From: an uncultured virus (IMG/VR IMGVR_UViG_3300020367_000003)
Lineage: Duplodnaviria; Heunggongvirae; Uroviricota; Caudoviricetes; Kyanoviridae
Strand: one strand, 5' to 3'
Virus record (IMG/VR): IMGVR_UViG_3300020367_000003
Length of the DNA stretch: 64,000 nucleotides
Part shown: positions 39,001 to 48,448 of the stretch, piece by piece
How positions within the stretch are numbered: position 1 is the stretch's first letter
Layout of the letters: each line of letters opens with the position of its first letter
The notes under the pieces: generated by a model
Databases searched by the model: none
The model's input: only the letters and a program-made list of their open reading frames with translations
Told to the model about the DNA's origin: nothing
Position numbers and translations under genes: made by a program

Positions 39001-40527
39001 TTCAGTAGCGTCAGGTGCTACGACTCTCTTTAATTCTTGATCTCTCTTATCACCATCAAGTAATACATCAGCAGAGAATGTTGTGTCTAAGTTAAGGTCA
39101 AATATACCTGTTAAGGATGACCCTGTAAATTCTTTACTATTACCATACTGGGCATCAGCAGCAGGTGCTGAATAACTACTACCCTGTGATAATATACCTG
39201 GTTGATATGGATACTCAGCAGTATCATAAGCAACTATTCTTGCAGCAACGTTACCACCACGGTTATTAATGTTAAGGTGGTTTAGATGGGTTAGACCATG
39301 ATATGCGTTGTGTTGATTACGCTCTGGGTCTAATTCTAATGTCTGTGTAGTTTGACTATCTCCAAACATTAGATGTCCTAATGATTGAAGTTGAGAGTTT
39401 TCTACACCTCTCTCAGCAATACTTACATGTCCACCCTGTTGTGGGTCTAACCATGCAGTAATACTAAAGTCTTCTTGATTGAAAGATGCTATACCTTTCT
39501 GTGGTGATAGAGCACTACCTAAGTATCTCCATCCACCTGTATCACTTGTATCTGTATGAGTTGGTTCTCCCAATCCAGGAGGAATATCTCTAATAGATGC
39601 TTCGTAGAATTTATCAGTAGAGTTTTTAATTCTATCAAATCTACTATACGAAGTACCATTACTAAATGCAGATGCTTCAGTACCTACTTTTGCTGTAGCA
39701 ATAGCAGAAGTCTGAGCAAATGTTAAACGACCATATCTGTCAACGTTAAAGTTAGTTGTGTTAACTGTCTCGTCACCAGTGGTTGCAGATATTAGAGGTG
39801 TGTCTAGGTTACCTATAGGGTTATAGTCACCGACAACAACTGTAGTATCAGCAAGGTCAATGAATGGGTTAGATGCTTGACCATTACCATTCTGTACAAG
39901 GATTCTATTAGCACCACCTGTAATACTTCTACTAACAATAGCACCTTCAGACTGCCTTGAGAGCAGACCAAATGTAGTCATACTTGCTAGTGAAGATAGG
40001 TCACTATCTAATGGTTGTGCGTCAGCAATTCCATATGCACTTAAAGTGGTAGGGTTAGTTGCATCAACAATACGACCACGAGAGTCAACTGTAACCTGAC
40101 TATATGTACCTGTCGCATCTAAATCATTAGGGTCATAATGAGGTAGAGCAACAGCATAATTCAATTCAGCAGTGATAGTTAGGTTCGAGGATCCATCGAA
40201 CGTACCACTACCCGACATATCACCACCTAAGGCGATAGATCGAGCGTTTGCTAATCTTGTTGCTGTAGCAGCGTTACCAACTAAAGAAGCAGTAATGGCT
40301 CCTGCTTCAAAGTTACCATCAGCGTCCCTTTTAACAAGTGTATTTGCAGTGTTTGATTCTGTTTCTAATGGTCTCTCATACTTAAGAGAGTTCCAAGATG
40401 TGACACCATCTCCTATCTTCAGTCGAGAGGTATCTATTTCGATACCCAACTCACCCTGAGCTAGGATTGGGTTGACGTTAGCCCACTGCTGTGCACCATC
40501 ACGTCTTAGTTGTAGTCTATTTGCCAT
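33013..40527 (-). CDS. 2504-aa fibre protein, in the position occupied by wac/fibritin in T4
   Basis: N-terminal LQLRRD..QW...NPIL.QGE.G.E.DT..KIGDG..W..L.Y anchor; beta-repeat shaft; tail-fibre-type C-terminal motif APLASP.LTG.P.APT...IATTAFV. Confidence 0.85.
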   Translation of the reverse strand: MANRLQLRRDGAQQWANVNPILAQGELGIEIDTSRLKIGDGVTSWNSLKYERPLETESNTANTLVKRDADGNFEAGAITASLVGNAATATRLANARSIALGGDMSGSGTFDGSSNLTITAELNYAVALPHYDPNDLDATGTYSQVTVDSRGRIVDATNPTTLSAYGIADAQPLDSDLSSLASMTTFGLLSRQSEGAIVSRSITGGANRILVQNGNGQASNPFIDLADTTVVVGDYNPIGNLDTPLISATTGDETVNTTNFNVDRYGRLTFAQTSAIATAKVGTEASAFSNGTSYSRFDRIKNSTDKFYEASIRDIPPGLGEPTHTDTSDTGGWRYLGSALSPQKGIASFNQEDFSITAWLDPQQGGHVSIAERGVENSQLQSLGHLMFGDSQTTQTLELDPERNQHNAYHGLTHLNHLNINNRGGNVAARIVAYDTAEYPYQPGILSQGSSYSAPAADAQYGNSKEFTGSSLTGIFDLNLDTTFSADVLLDGDKRDQELKRVVAPDATETNRMRFTYAADSANDVDMLISSTNAGAGNATINIQADQGMVLTAIHPDARVCFENFHAKANVLACDPGSNLVLDPDDNQQNTGTVEIWGDLLVQGQTTTVNSTVMTVDDPIITLGGDTAPGSADSKDRGIEFRYYRTGDQARVGFFGWDNDYANSNIWTGTGGFRFLLDATNSSEIFSGTDAPIIAGTLALTTNTGSNSTSEGSLVVTGGVGISQNVHIGGTTTIAGQTEINDTVLIKSDNEDFKIQTAAGVDKFTVDTDTGNTVIKGTTNADGDAYFYSDFYVRADNKGFMVQNANGDNLFWVDTDNGNFHTDGTMDIDGGSTLNSTLDVDGATTLNSTLDVDDDVVFHNDFLMDVTGKEFKITNGTDTKFLISSTNGNTDIEGSLNIGGFNTFERTNNITVDTTANDAITKTADGNATFAGGVNIDKDVRIGGDLYVSDRIDSKDAGTARTRPSLLNNLDVRYREYIGSVAAHNATFADDPDANLRVAGGAGIVADLHVGDDFYVGKVGTNDNVEFSILGESGYTTIGRVGQGGATDGALVVHGDATFNREFNITGSLTTIGNANTDVLTVNAVSQFTDDVTVDGSLTVNTNALIEGNLTVNGTTTTVNSTTVTVDDPVFTLGGDTAPGSQDALDRGIEFRYHDGVTARIGFFGWDTSASRYAFYNAATNSSEAFSGVRSGIDAGSLKLFDTTNATNAATGALIVGGGASVGLDFYVGDDLVVTDDGSFGGNVDITGTLDVTDDFAVNSTKFTVDAGTGNTVIAGTVQVDGNATIGNSGSDAHSVTGTVQFNQAITSTDITADNIKIGVDGDTEISTTSGNLVLDSAGGTVNVTDDLDVDLNLNVDGNTKVDGTLTVDGNTTIGNASGDAHSVTGTVQFNQAITSTDITADSVTIGVDSDSEISTTSGNNLILDSATGETQVDDNLTVTGTLDVDGNTQIGNNSGDAHAFTGTVTFNQAITSTDITADNVQIGVSGASEVDTSSGNLTLDSATGETVIDDNVTVNGTADIDGLTTITDGLTVKADNKLVSIQTAAGLTKVSFDTDNGNTDIQGTLNVEGATTIDDTLNVTQAVDLDTTLNVDGAATFQDNVVLNADNKEFAIQLDDGTDKFTVQSATGNTDIQGTLDVNGATNVTNTVGITGVTSITNATNPSNLIDTAAFNVTGGAVINKDVFFGEDFYMGPNNAPTLSVVGASGNTTILGTLNVTNTTTLGTAAISTLNLSSNANITGSIIVNTDKFIVAGLTGNTDIFGTLDVNGATTITNTLNVTQNVDFDADLNVDGNQQLDGTLTVDSTSLFKDSLVLRGGSKTLKLQNGSGTDKVTLHSTTGNAEITGTSTLGTLDVTNNTTIGGTLGVTGQITGNVTGDLTGNADTASLVDVTETATSNLTYYPTFVSTTSGNTEVRTDSSNLQYNPSTNTLTVTNFKSVTDFEIQGNLNVTGALTFFQSQVGSIANHDTDALTEGSTNLYFTNERVDDRVNNLINAGTGISATYDDAGNMLTLSAVQSDLNTDNFTEGSTNLFTTAARTRTHFTYGNGVELSGGGELSVTQADINTDNVTEGSTNLFTTAARTRGHVSATGDIAYNAATGVFSYTTPTTIASLSNHDTDDLAEGSNLYYTDERVDDRINALIIAGTGVTKVYDDGANTYTLSVTQADVNSDNITEGSTNLFTTAARTRTHFTYGTGITHSGGTLSVTQADINTDNVTEGSTNIFYTEGRFDASLGGKSTADLAEGANLYYTDARADARIAAADTGDLSEGSNLYWTNARGDARIALQVGANLDLSSKSTSDLSEGTNLYYTDARADARIAAADTDDLSEGSSNLYFTNARADARIAAADTGDLAEGSNLYYTDARADARVTAGITGKLDASAVSTFGGTLIDDADAAAARTTLGLGTAAQSATGDFATAAQGTKADDAAPLASPTLTGTPAAPTAAQATNTTQIATTAFVQSNLTAALLRTALGIVSAANDAGSGLASGEMYFNTTSNTYVLVA
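33420..34630 (-). repeat. 11 copies of a T(D)DLxEGsxNLxxTxxR peptide repeat in the fibre
   Basis: Counted in the translation; exact 38-nt DNA duplication at 33560-33597 and 33740-33777. Confidence 0.9.
36000..36690 (-). repeat. Three tandem ~80-aa repeats (IGN..DAH..TGTV.FNQAITSTDITAD...LDSA.G)
   Basis: Seen in the translation. Confidence 0.85.
37027..38664 (-). repeat. Duplicated module VDDP..TLGGDTAPGS.D..DRGIEFRY...GFFGWD, copies ~1.53 kb apart
   Basis: Exact 30-nt DNA match at 37105-37134 and 38635-38664. Confidence 0.9.
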
Positions 40528-40564
40528 TTAATTAGGGATCCTTCAGAGCACAGTCTTACTGGTT

Positions 40565-40571
40565 TATTTAT
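40565..40571 (-). promoter_or_regulatory. Late promoter ATAAATA upstream of the fibre gene
   Basis: TAAATA core overlapping an upstream stop. Confidence 0.6.
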
Positions 40572-40792
40572 GTGTCTTCTGCTGCTGTTTCCTCTGTTGG
40601 TGGTGTTTCCTCTGTAGGAGGATTCAAATATTCTAATGTTTCAATAGCACCTAGAAGTTTTAGAGCAGTACTTTCGTTATCTTTAATCTTCTTAGCGAGT
40701 TGTTGATTCTCTCCAAGTAGAGCTTGATATCTTTCTTTAAATTGCCCTAGCAGTTCCGCAGGGTCTTGTGTTTCGGTCACATCAGCTGGCAT
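40568..40792 (-). CDS. Small coiled-coil hypothetical protein
   Basis: Heptad pattern, KLLGAIETLEYL, acidic tail. Confidence 0.75.
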   Translation of the reverse strand: MPADVTETQDPAELLGQFKERYQALLGENQQLAKKIKDNESTALKLLGAIETLEYLNPPTEETPPTEETAAEDT

Positions 40793-41060
40793 TTTCTTTC
40801 TCCAATAATAGTGTAAGCATTGACTTCATGTCAGATATATCTGATTTTAGCAGGTCTACATCGTTTTGTAAACTGTCGAAGTCATCGTCTTTCTTTTGAC
40901 GCTTGTTATATGATGCCATATATTGTTCATACTGTGTTTTGTTACAGTTAACTACAGCATTAGATTCGGGGTCTCTAAACCACCCATCCCTGTTCTCGAC
41001 TGGGATTAGGTCATCTTTGAAAGGTTGAATCTGGTCGGAGTGATCTTTAGAACTTGACAT
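40782..41060 (-). CDS. Conserved T4-like hypothetical protein
   Basis: VE...WFRDP.S.AVVN....Y..Y followed by a coiled coil. Confidence 0.8.
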   Translation of the reverse strand: MSSSKDHSDQIQPFKDDLIPVENRDGWFRDPESNAVVNCNKTQYEQYMASYNKRQKKDDDFDSLQNDVDLLKSDISDMKSMLTLLLEKENAS

Positions 41061-41110
41061 ATGGAATAATAATAATTATAATCAACCATGTAAGGGTTGG
41101 GGATGAGGTT

Positions 41111-44100
41111 CTATGTAGCTAACGCTATAGCCCTCAAGTCGGCAATCAATGGAACTCTTGCTTGACTCCAAGATCTCATTACGATTTTTATCTGGAATGC
41201 GTTAAAATTAAGTCCGTTAACTTCGTAAGCATAATCCTTCCAAAGAATTTCATCAGTACCAGAAGAGTCATATGATTGGTTATTGACCTCACTTAGAGGA
41301 GCACCAACATATGTCCATCCAACTGTATTAGGATCAGCGTTATCACCTTGCTTGAATGCACGATAGTAAACTCTAATCTCTGTTGATGGATGTCTAGTAG
41401 TTTGGAAATCAATCTTAATAGTTCTGGCCTCAGAACCTAGGCGAGCGAGACGAGTGAGATACACTGCGTCATTCTGGTCACCAGTTGGTAGGACGCTTAC
41501 ATCCATTGTCCTATCAATCTGAGACTGCTGTCCATAAGGAGCAGGACCGCCAGGCCACCAGTTGATTCTATTAGATGTTGTAATCAATGATAATCTATCA
41601 AGGTCAATACATGGAGACACAGAATCTTTCTCTGTGGTCAATGTTAATGCCATGGTAAGAGACTTATTACCATCAAGTTTATTTTGCTCGTTAATTTTAG
41701 AGCAAATCATTTGTGGTGAAGTGAAAGCATTTTGCTCATTCAACACAATATCATAATATTGTCCATTATTAACGAAGGATGCTTGGTCACGTGGTTGTGA
41801 TGCACCTTCTCCACCTCCACTACCTACAGATGTGGCAGTAGTTGTGTTAACACGTGCTGTTACCTCAGTCTCAGGCAACACCATGGTTGATACTCTAGGA
41901 GTTAGAGTCTCAAACTGGACGTTTTGAGATGACCATACATGTGTTCCTCCACCTCTGATACCATTAGTTGCAACGTGGTCAACTGCTATCATAAATGTAT
42001 CCAACCAAGGACACTCAATAGAGGTATGTACTTTGTTGATTTCTGTAAGAGGTACCCCATCTAAATTGTAACATTCAACTATGCTACCTGAGGGATGCTC
42101 TACATCAGCAGTACCAGCAGCACCTCTACCAGAAGTTGCGACAGTTAATACCTGTCCATTAGCAGAGATTGCTGAGTATTGTATGATTTCATCTTCAATC
42201 TTTATATAACCAGGATTTAAGTTACCGATTATAGCACCACCTATCACACCATGGAATTGGGATACATCTTGTACCTGAATTGAAGTAGCACCTGCTGACA
42301 GAGTTGTAGTCAACGTTGTAGATGGAACTTCAGATATAACACCTTCAATTTCTACGTTGTTGGTGCGTTGATGCATACCATGGTTTCTATGTGAGATGGC
42401 AATTTCTTTGTCGTCATCAGGGAATGATGGAGCTTGTGTAGGATAAGCAACATAAGAGTCACCACTATAACCAATGCTTGTAATAGTAGCAGATGTGCCT
42501 CCTGGCTCTGATAATGTATCTCCAGTATCAAATGCCTTACTGATATAATTTAATGTCAAAGTTGTTGTACCTGCATCGTATGCAGTAACTGTACCTGTAG
42601 CACCAGATGTTGAACCTGTTACCACATCTCCAACTTCAAACGTGCCATTATATACAGCAGATAATACTATTGAAGAAACTGACTGTGAAGACCTAAGTCC
42701 TTGGAATGGGTCATTGTTAGCATCTAAAAATCCTGCTGCGAATGCACCATCTATATCTGTGATGGTTAACTTCTCTGGATCTGATATTGAGTCAAATTCT
42801 ACTATAGTAGCAGATGCTCCTGATGGTTCCTGCTTAATCCTTGCACCTATAGTAAAGTTAAAGTTTTGTGTAGCAGGTAGAAGTAAGGTTTGTTTTGGTT
42901 TTAATGTGAGGATTGGATTCTCAATAAGGTTATGAATACCTCCATTACCTTTACCTAATTCAGCGTTATTGAGAATTGCAGTACCTTGCATCTGATTAAA
43001 CTTAGCACGGTATACTGTAAACTTCATGTCCTCAAACTGGTCAGCAGTCCAAGTAGATGCGTTTTGTGATTTGAATAGCACACCCGCATATGGCTGCTCA
43101 GATATAGTCCTTGTTCCTGATACATCTATATCACCCATTCGAGATATCCATACGGTATACTCGTTAGAGTCAGATAGTAATACGAAACAATATTCAGTTG
43201 ATTGTTTGATATAAACAGGAGACCTGAATGTAAACCTTGATGGAATTGCTGCGTTGTCAGACAACTCAATCTGTGAAGGACTGATAGTCACATCTGAGAA
43301 AGGTAGGATATCCTTAGTGGGATAACCATTCTCCATAGTCCTTATCTGCATAGAGATAGGGATGTTGGCATCCTTTGTTTTGAAGAATACATCAACACCA
43401 GTTAAGAATACACCACCTTCTTCATCACATAGGAATGATTGAGCAAGAGGGTCATACCAACCAATCTGCCTTGTCTCAGTCCTAGTAGTGATAACCTGTC
43501 TCGTATCTGAAACGGTATCTCTAACCAACTCTGCATTTCTAACTGCAAGAATATTTTCTCTAACAGTTTTCAATTCACCTTGTGCTGTGTAAGTAGTTTC
43601 AGCAGAAGAATCTACTTCACCACTTGCCTTACTATTAGTAGAGGAGGTAGTAAAACGGAATGTCCTAGTACCTGTTGCCCAACGTGGGTTGGAATCATTA
43701 CCTGGGTTAGGTATGAAGAATGTACCTTGTAGGTTACCAATATTGTCAGTCAATAGACGACGGTCTTTAACAACACCACGTGCTCCAGATGTCTGTCCTA
43801 TCAATATTTCACCAATCACCATATTACCATAGTAGTTTGGATTGACGCTCTCGGCCAATGACTTCGTATCTATGTTAATATATGGAGTATTTGATGCATA
43901 AGACTCTTGTAGTGTAGCGGTACCTGTAGCATAAGGGTCAGTTGCATATCCATCATTCGCAGCAGCGACTTTAAGACGACAACCTGAGATACTACCAACT
44001 ACAGTTTCACCTGTAACAAAGGGTGTTTCATTACTTAATGGGTTAGCAGTAGATGACTTAACTAACTCAATTACTTTAGGGGTAATGTAAGTAGATACGT

Positions 44101-47100
44101 TAACTCCATCGAAGAATGCAAATACTCTTGTGCGAGGCTTCATACGCTCTACGTTGAAGGCTACGTTTCGTGAACGTATCCATGGAATCGCTGTTTGTGA
44201 TAATACGCTATCACCTAAAGACTTTCTATCAATCTTTGGTACTACACGAGTCCTAATACCCTGTCTTGCTTGGTTATTAACAACCCTCCAAGTCCTTCTT
44301 TCATGTACGAAGATGGGTTGTCTTCCTTGTCCGTGACCTAATCTTCCTAGTTTACGACCACCTGCTGAGAAACTACCAGACCTATTCCTAAACTGTGATG
44401 TGGATAGTAGAGATTCTCCAGTCCAGTTAGTCTTCCAACTACCCCACTGGATAGGTGCGAAACCATTCTGGTCAACTTGTAAATCTCTTGATACAGCAGA
44501 GAAGTCACCTTCTACGTTTTCAACACGTGCAGGTAATCTCTTAGTATCTAACCAGTCATCAGATGCAGGAGTTAAGTCAACTCTACCGATGAAAGTAAAC
44601 ACGTTAAATGGGTTTACATTCTCTACCCTAGATGCATAGGGTTGAGTGATGATTGCTAAATCATCCCATGGCAGCAATGCCATGTTACCTTCTGTCTTCA
44701 CTATATTAGAAGACGAAGCCATATTTAATTCTAGTGGTACGTTTGTAGTATAGTGTGACGGTCTGAGGAATCCGTTTTGGAAATCGAGAGAGCATTTGTA
44801 GTCAATACTAAACACGTCACCAACGTTATGGTCAGTGAAGTCATCAACAACGTAACCATTCTTAAGACGGTCAAATCCGTTGTCATCATATGTCTTAGTA
44901 TTTTCTGCTTGTACCTCTAGCAGTGACAATGATGTGTAGTATTCAACGTGCTCAAGACGTGTCTCTAAATCTCCGATATCTTTCATCGTATAACGACGAA
45001 TGATTTCTGGGTTAATCAGAATGTCTCTTTCTACGTCATAAACATATGGGCGGTATTCAATCTGTGCTAATAGCATAGCATTCTCGATACCGTCTGGGGG
45101 AGGTAAGTCCTCAGAGGATACACCTTTAACTACCTTAAGTTGGTTATCGTGCGTTAAATATAACTTATCTGCACGTGGGAGATAGTATGCATAGTCCATA
45201 CGAATCTCTGTATTAACCTTCGGTATATCGAAGATAGTAGATCCACCAACACCTCCAGAGGTGTCAAATTGTCTTGCAGCAAAGTCTAGTGACGCACAGT
45301 TAACATAGAATGGTTGTGTAACTGTACCTGACCCTGATGCTAATTCTCCTACACCTGGACGGAAGTCTACTTGGTCTCTCAAGAAGTTAATAGATCCATC
45401 TAGTTTGTATTTTGGAATATCTTTATAGTCTATACCTGTGTATGACTGTGATGCAAAGTAGTCACCTGATGATTCATGTATGAAGTAATCAAATATAACA
45501 AGAAGTTTTCTGATTGGTGGGGTATACTGTGGATACCTTGTAATCTTACAAACATCATAGAAGTGTGCCTTCTGACCTGCTTCAAGAGTATACTGAGTGG
45601 TAATAACTTTACTACCCCTAGATACTGATCCTTCAGCGTCATCAACGATTGCGTTAAGTGGTACACCATCATCATCTACACCATCAATAGTCTCACCCGC
45701 AGCAAATGGTATTTCATTTAACTGCACAAAGTATAGTCTTAATGTGGAGTTGATAAACTGAATAACTCTACCACGTGCACCTGATGTCCTACCTACGATA
45801 ACAGTTCCGTTATCAAAGAAAGTAGATTCGGTTAATACAACATATGGTGGAGCAGCATCTGCATCAGTCTCCGATTCGTATACAGCATGTACGTTGTATA
45901 CATCATTCAAAGCGAATGAAATTTCTTCATCTTCAATACGTGTGCCATACAAATTACCATAGGCAAGTCCGTATTTAGTTTGGTCGTTGTTAATCCGAGT
46001 GCGAATAACCTTCATCGCTCTCATCTTAGCAGCAGTTTTGATTTTTTTAGATACTATATTCTTAGAAACTAGAGCAGTTAATTTAATAGTATTAACATTT
46101 GCTAGTTGGTCAATAGTAATTGACTGTCTGTCAGCACCAAAGGTAACTGTTAATGTACCTGCTTCACTTAGTGCTTCTATATTAAGGTTGTCTCCAACAT
46201 TCCATGCAGATCCTGATTCAGCAATAATAGTTAAGATATAGTTTTCATCATCTAGTGTTGCAAACTGCTCTGATTCAGGTAGTGAAACTGTAACACCACC
46301 AGATACAACAGTCTTATTATTAAATGTCCTATAGACAAAGAATGACTCGTCAGCAATAGACTTCATAGAAGTCCTTGGTGTGTCAATAGTTAATTCACCA
46401 TTCTGATAGTCCTTCTGGAATACGAAAGGACGCATTCTAATAAGTGAGTTAACTTCAGCATCATTAACAGTACCTTTTTTGGCAGCTGCTTCTAGTAATG
46501 CATACTGATTAAGATAATCAAATATAAATCCTGACTGACCTGTAGCAGCATTTTGTGCTGTAATATTCAATGCTGTAACGTCAACTGTCTGAATCCTAAG
46601 AGTATTCTCACCCTCAGAAGAAGTATTAGTTGAGGTAACAACATCACCTGGACGTAAGTCATTAGCAAACTTAGTCCTAAATCCTTCTAATCTGCTATTA
46701 CCTGCTTGGTCAATAGTAATAGTAGACCCTTCTATTTCTGCTTGGTCATTTAATAACCAGTTAGCACCGAAGATAATAGTAGATGAACCATTACTTGGAT
46801 CTTCTCTACCTACGCATGAACGTGTATCTGTAAGGTTGAAAGTATGTGCTGCTTCCATTGTACCAACAACTCGGCCATCACGCTCGATAACCTCGCCATT
46901 TAGGAAGACACCTGAAACTTGCTCTAGTCTACAGTTGGTACCTGAACCTGATTCAGCAACGAAACCTGTTGCTTGAGATGTCCTACCACGTAGTAAATCA
47001 CCCACTGCAACACTGTTATTACCTGCTGCAAAGTTGATTGCAGTAAACATTTGAGCATCAAATATCCACAAATCCCAAATACCAGTCTGGTCTTCCTGAA

Positions 47101-48445
47101 GCTGGACTGTCCTACAACGTCCAATTAGTGTACCAGTTACAGTATTTGTGGTATTAAGTGTCCAGTCATCATATAACTCAAGTGTTTGATATGCTGCTGA
47201 TACACCTTCACCTGTTAGATTAGGCCATCCGTAGATGTCATAAACCTTTACAAACTGCCCTAGTCTGAATGCTAGTATGGCGTTTTGCACTGAATCAAAG
47301 TCTCTTGGTTTGTCTGCATCCACGTATTGTGGTACCAAAAACTCTGTCCTATAACCTTTAACGTATGCTCTACCTGGGCTAATCTCAAATGAAATTAAAT
47401 CGTCTGATGCTAATTGTCCACCAGAGGTTGTTTCACCTGCACTATAAACACCATTATTAAATCCGTCGTCTAAACTTTCTCTTGCCTTAACAGCGAAGGT
47501 ATCAATTACATAGTCTCCACTTTCTTCAAAGGTTCTCCTTGCAAGTGACCTTTCCAACTCTGAATAAGCAGTGTGAGTAACGAACTGTTCAATCTTTGAG
47601 TTGTTGATACGAAGTAGTTCAATAAAGTTTTTATCGGTCTCATCGTTGATTGGTTTCTTAACGAGAGAAGTTTTAATTCTAAATCTGTGACCACCTGGAG
47701 CAGAATAGTTAGATGTGCCAGCTGCGTTGTCATTAAGACTTGGGTCGTCTTCTGGCGTAACGATTGATTCACTGACTTCAAGTCCAACTCTGTAGGAAGG
47801 GTTGTTACTATATTGGTCAAGGATGAGATATGATGATGCAACATCTACAAAATGTCCTCTAATAAAGTATACACCTGCGTTAATATATGCAGTTGATGCA
47901 ACCGCAGTAGATTCAACAGGTAGTAATTGTGCGAATGGGGATCCAACCTCAATAAGAGTTGTACCGAAAGTTATTTCATTTTCGGCCAATAGTTGCTCGT
48001 TGGGCTGAAATGTCTTGATACCAGTGTCACTTACAGAGTCACCTGACTCAACATACTTAACGTATAGAGTAATATATCCACGACTAGACTCTGTAGAGGG
48101 GATTGAATATAAGACTTTTGCTTTAATACCAGTGGTAATACCTTCTATAATCTGTCCTGTAATCTGAGTACGATATGTCTCAACGTCTACACCAAGGAAA
48201 GATTGTTGCAGTATGATTGCTTGCACCTGTAGGTCATAACCGACCTGACCAGGAATAACCATACTTCCTTCTTTAAAGAAGTGTTGTCCAACCGACTCCA
48301 ACTGATTCTGAAGAATCGATTGCATAGTCGTAAGCTCTCTTGCCTGTATCGGATACCCAGGTCTAAAGAGGACTCGATAAAAATTCTTGTCTTTATCGAA
48401 GTCATCAAAGTATGGACTAATATTTAAATTGGTATTCTGTGGCAT
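41111..48445 (-). CDS. 2444-aa virion structural protein (VrlC/DUF4815-like baseplate component)
   Basis: NLNISPYFDDFD..KNFYRVLFRPG.PIQARELT, LARRTFEESGDY, DPLAQSF, LFKSQNASTW, DLRAIALA. Confidence 0.9.
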   Translation of the reverse strand: MPQNTNLNISPYFDDFDKDKNFYRVLFRPGYPIQARELTTMQSILQNQLESVGQHFFKEGSMVIPGQVGYDLQVQAIILQQSFLGVDVETYRTQITGQIIEGITTGIKAKVLYSIPSTESSRGYITLYVKYVESGDSVSDTGIKTFQPNEQLLAENEITFGTTLIEVGSPFAQLLPVESTAVASTAYINAGVYFIRGHFVDVASSYLILDQYSNNPSYRVGLEVSESIVTPEDDPSLNDNAAGTSNYSAPGGHRFRIKTSLVKKPINDETDKNFIELLRINNSKIEQFVTHTAYSELERSLARRTFEESGDYVIDTFAVKARESLDDGFNNGVYSAGETTSGGQLASDDLISFEISPGRAYVKGYRTEFLVPQYVDADKPRDFDSVQNAILAFRLGQFVKVYDIYGWPNLTGEGVSAAYQTLELYDDWTLNTTNTVTGTLIGRCRTVQLQEDQTGIWDLWIFDAQMFTAINFAAGNNSVAVGDLLRGRTSQATGFVAESGSGTNCRLEQVSGVFLNGEVIERDGRVVGTMEAAHTFNLTDTRSCVGREDPSNGSSTIIFGANWLLNDQAEIEGSTITIDQAGNSRLEGFRTKFANDLRPGDVVTSTNTSSEGENTLRIQTVDVTALNITAQNAATGQSGFIFDYLNQYALLEAAAKKGTVNDAEVNSLIRMRPFVFQKDYQNGELTIDTPRTSMKSIADESFFVYRTFNNKTVVSGGVTVSLPESEQFATLDDENYILTIIAESGSAWNVGDNLNIEALSEAGTLTVTFGADRQSITIDQLANVNTIKLTALVSKNIVSKKIKTAAKMRAMKVIRTRINNDQTKYGLAYGNLYGTRIEDEEISFALNDVYNVHAVYESETDADAAPPYVVLTESTFFDNGTVIVGRTSGARGRVIQFINSTLRLYFVQLNEIPFAAGETIDGVDDDGVPLNAIVDDAEGSVSRGSKVITTQYTLEAGQKAHFYDVCKITRYPQYTPPIRKLLVIFDYFIHESSGDYFASQSYTGIDYKDIPKYKLDGSINFLRDQVDFRPGVGELASGSGTVTQPFYVNCASLDFAARQFDTSGGVGGSTIFDIPKVNTEIRMDYAYYLPRADKLYLTHDNQLKVVKGVSSEDLPPPDGIENAMLLAQIEYRPYVYDVERDILINPEIIRRYTMKDIGDLETRLEHVEYYTSLSLLEVQAENTKTYDDNGFDRLKNGYVVDDFTDHNVGDVFSIDYKCSLDFQNGFLRPSHYTTNVPLELNMASSSNIVKTEGNMALLPWDDLAIITQPYASRVENVNPFNVFTFIGRVDLTPASDDWLDTKRLPARVENVEGDFSAVSRDLQVDQNGFAPIQWGSWKTNWTGESLLSTSQFRNRSGSFSAGGRKLGRLGHGQGRQPIFVHERRTWRVVNNQARQGIRTRVVPKIDRKSLGDSVLSQTAIPWIRSRNVAFNVERMKPRTRVFAFFDGVNVSTYITPKVIELVKSSTANPLSNETPFVTGETVVGSISGCRLKVAAANDGYATDPYATGTATLQESYASNTPYINIDTKSLAESVNPNYYGNMVIGEILIGQTSGARGVVKDRRLLTDNIGNLQGTFFIPNPGNDSNPRWATGTRTFRFTTSSTNSKASGEVDSSAETTYTAQGELKTVRENILAVRNAELVRDTVSDTRQVITTRTETRQIGWYDPLAQSFLCDEEGGVFLTGVDVFFKTKDANIPISMQIRTMENGYPTKDILPFSDVTISPSQIELSDNAAIPSRFTFRSPVYIKQSTEYCFVLLSDSNEYTVWISRMGDIDVSGTRTISEQPYAGVLFKSQNASTWTADQFEDMKFTVYRAKFNQMQGTAILNNAELGKGNGGIHNLIENPILTLKPKQTLLLPATQNFNFTIGARIKQEPSGASATIVEFDSISDPEKLTITDIDGAFAAGFLDANNDPFQGLRSSQSVSSIVLSAVYNGTFEVGDVVTGSTSGATGTVTAYDAGTTTLTLNYISKAFDTGDTLSEPGGTSATITSIGYSGDSYVAYPTQAPSFPDDDKEIAISHRNHGMHQRTNNVEIEGVISEVPSTTLTTTLSAGATSIQVQDVSQFHGVIGGAIIGNLNPGYIKIEDEIIQYSAISANGQVLTVATSGRGAAGTADVEHPSGSIVECYNLDGVPLTEINKVHTSIECPWLDTFMIAVDHVATNGIRGGGTHVWSSQNVQFETLTPRVSTMVLPETEVTARVNTTTATSVGSGGGEGASQPRDQASFVNNGQYYDIVLNEQNAFTSPQMICSKINEQNKLDGNKSLTMALTLTTEKDSVSPCIDLDRLSLITTSNRINWWPGGPAPYGQQSQIDRTMDVSVLPTGDQNDAVYLTRLARLGSEARTIKIDFQTTRHPSTEIRVYYRAFKQGDNADPNTVGWTYVGAPLSEVNNQSYDSSGTDEILWKDYAYEVNGLNFNAFQIKIVMRSWSQARVPLIADLRAIALAT

Positions 48446-48448
48446 TGC

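Noticed and set aside
34874..40459. Many plus-strand ORFs opposite the fibre gene (similar ones occur opposite other structural genes)
   Set aside because: Expected stop-poor antisense frames from biased codon use; no recognisable domains
41061..41110. TATAAT with a weak CAACC/GGTTG stem, as a third copy of the early promoter
   Set aside because: The upstream box and the -35 do not match at the required spacing; AT-rich context
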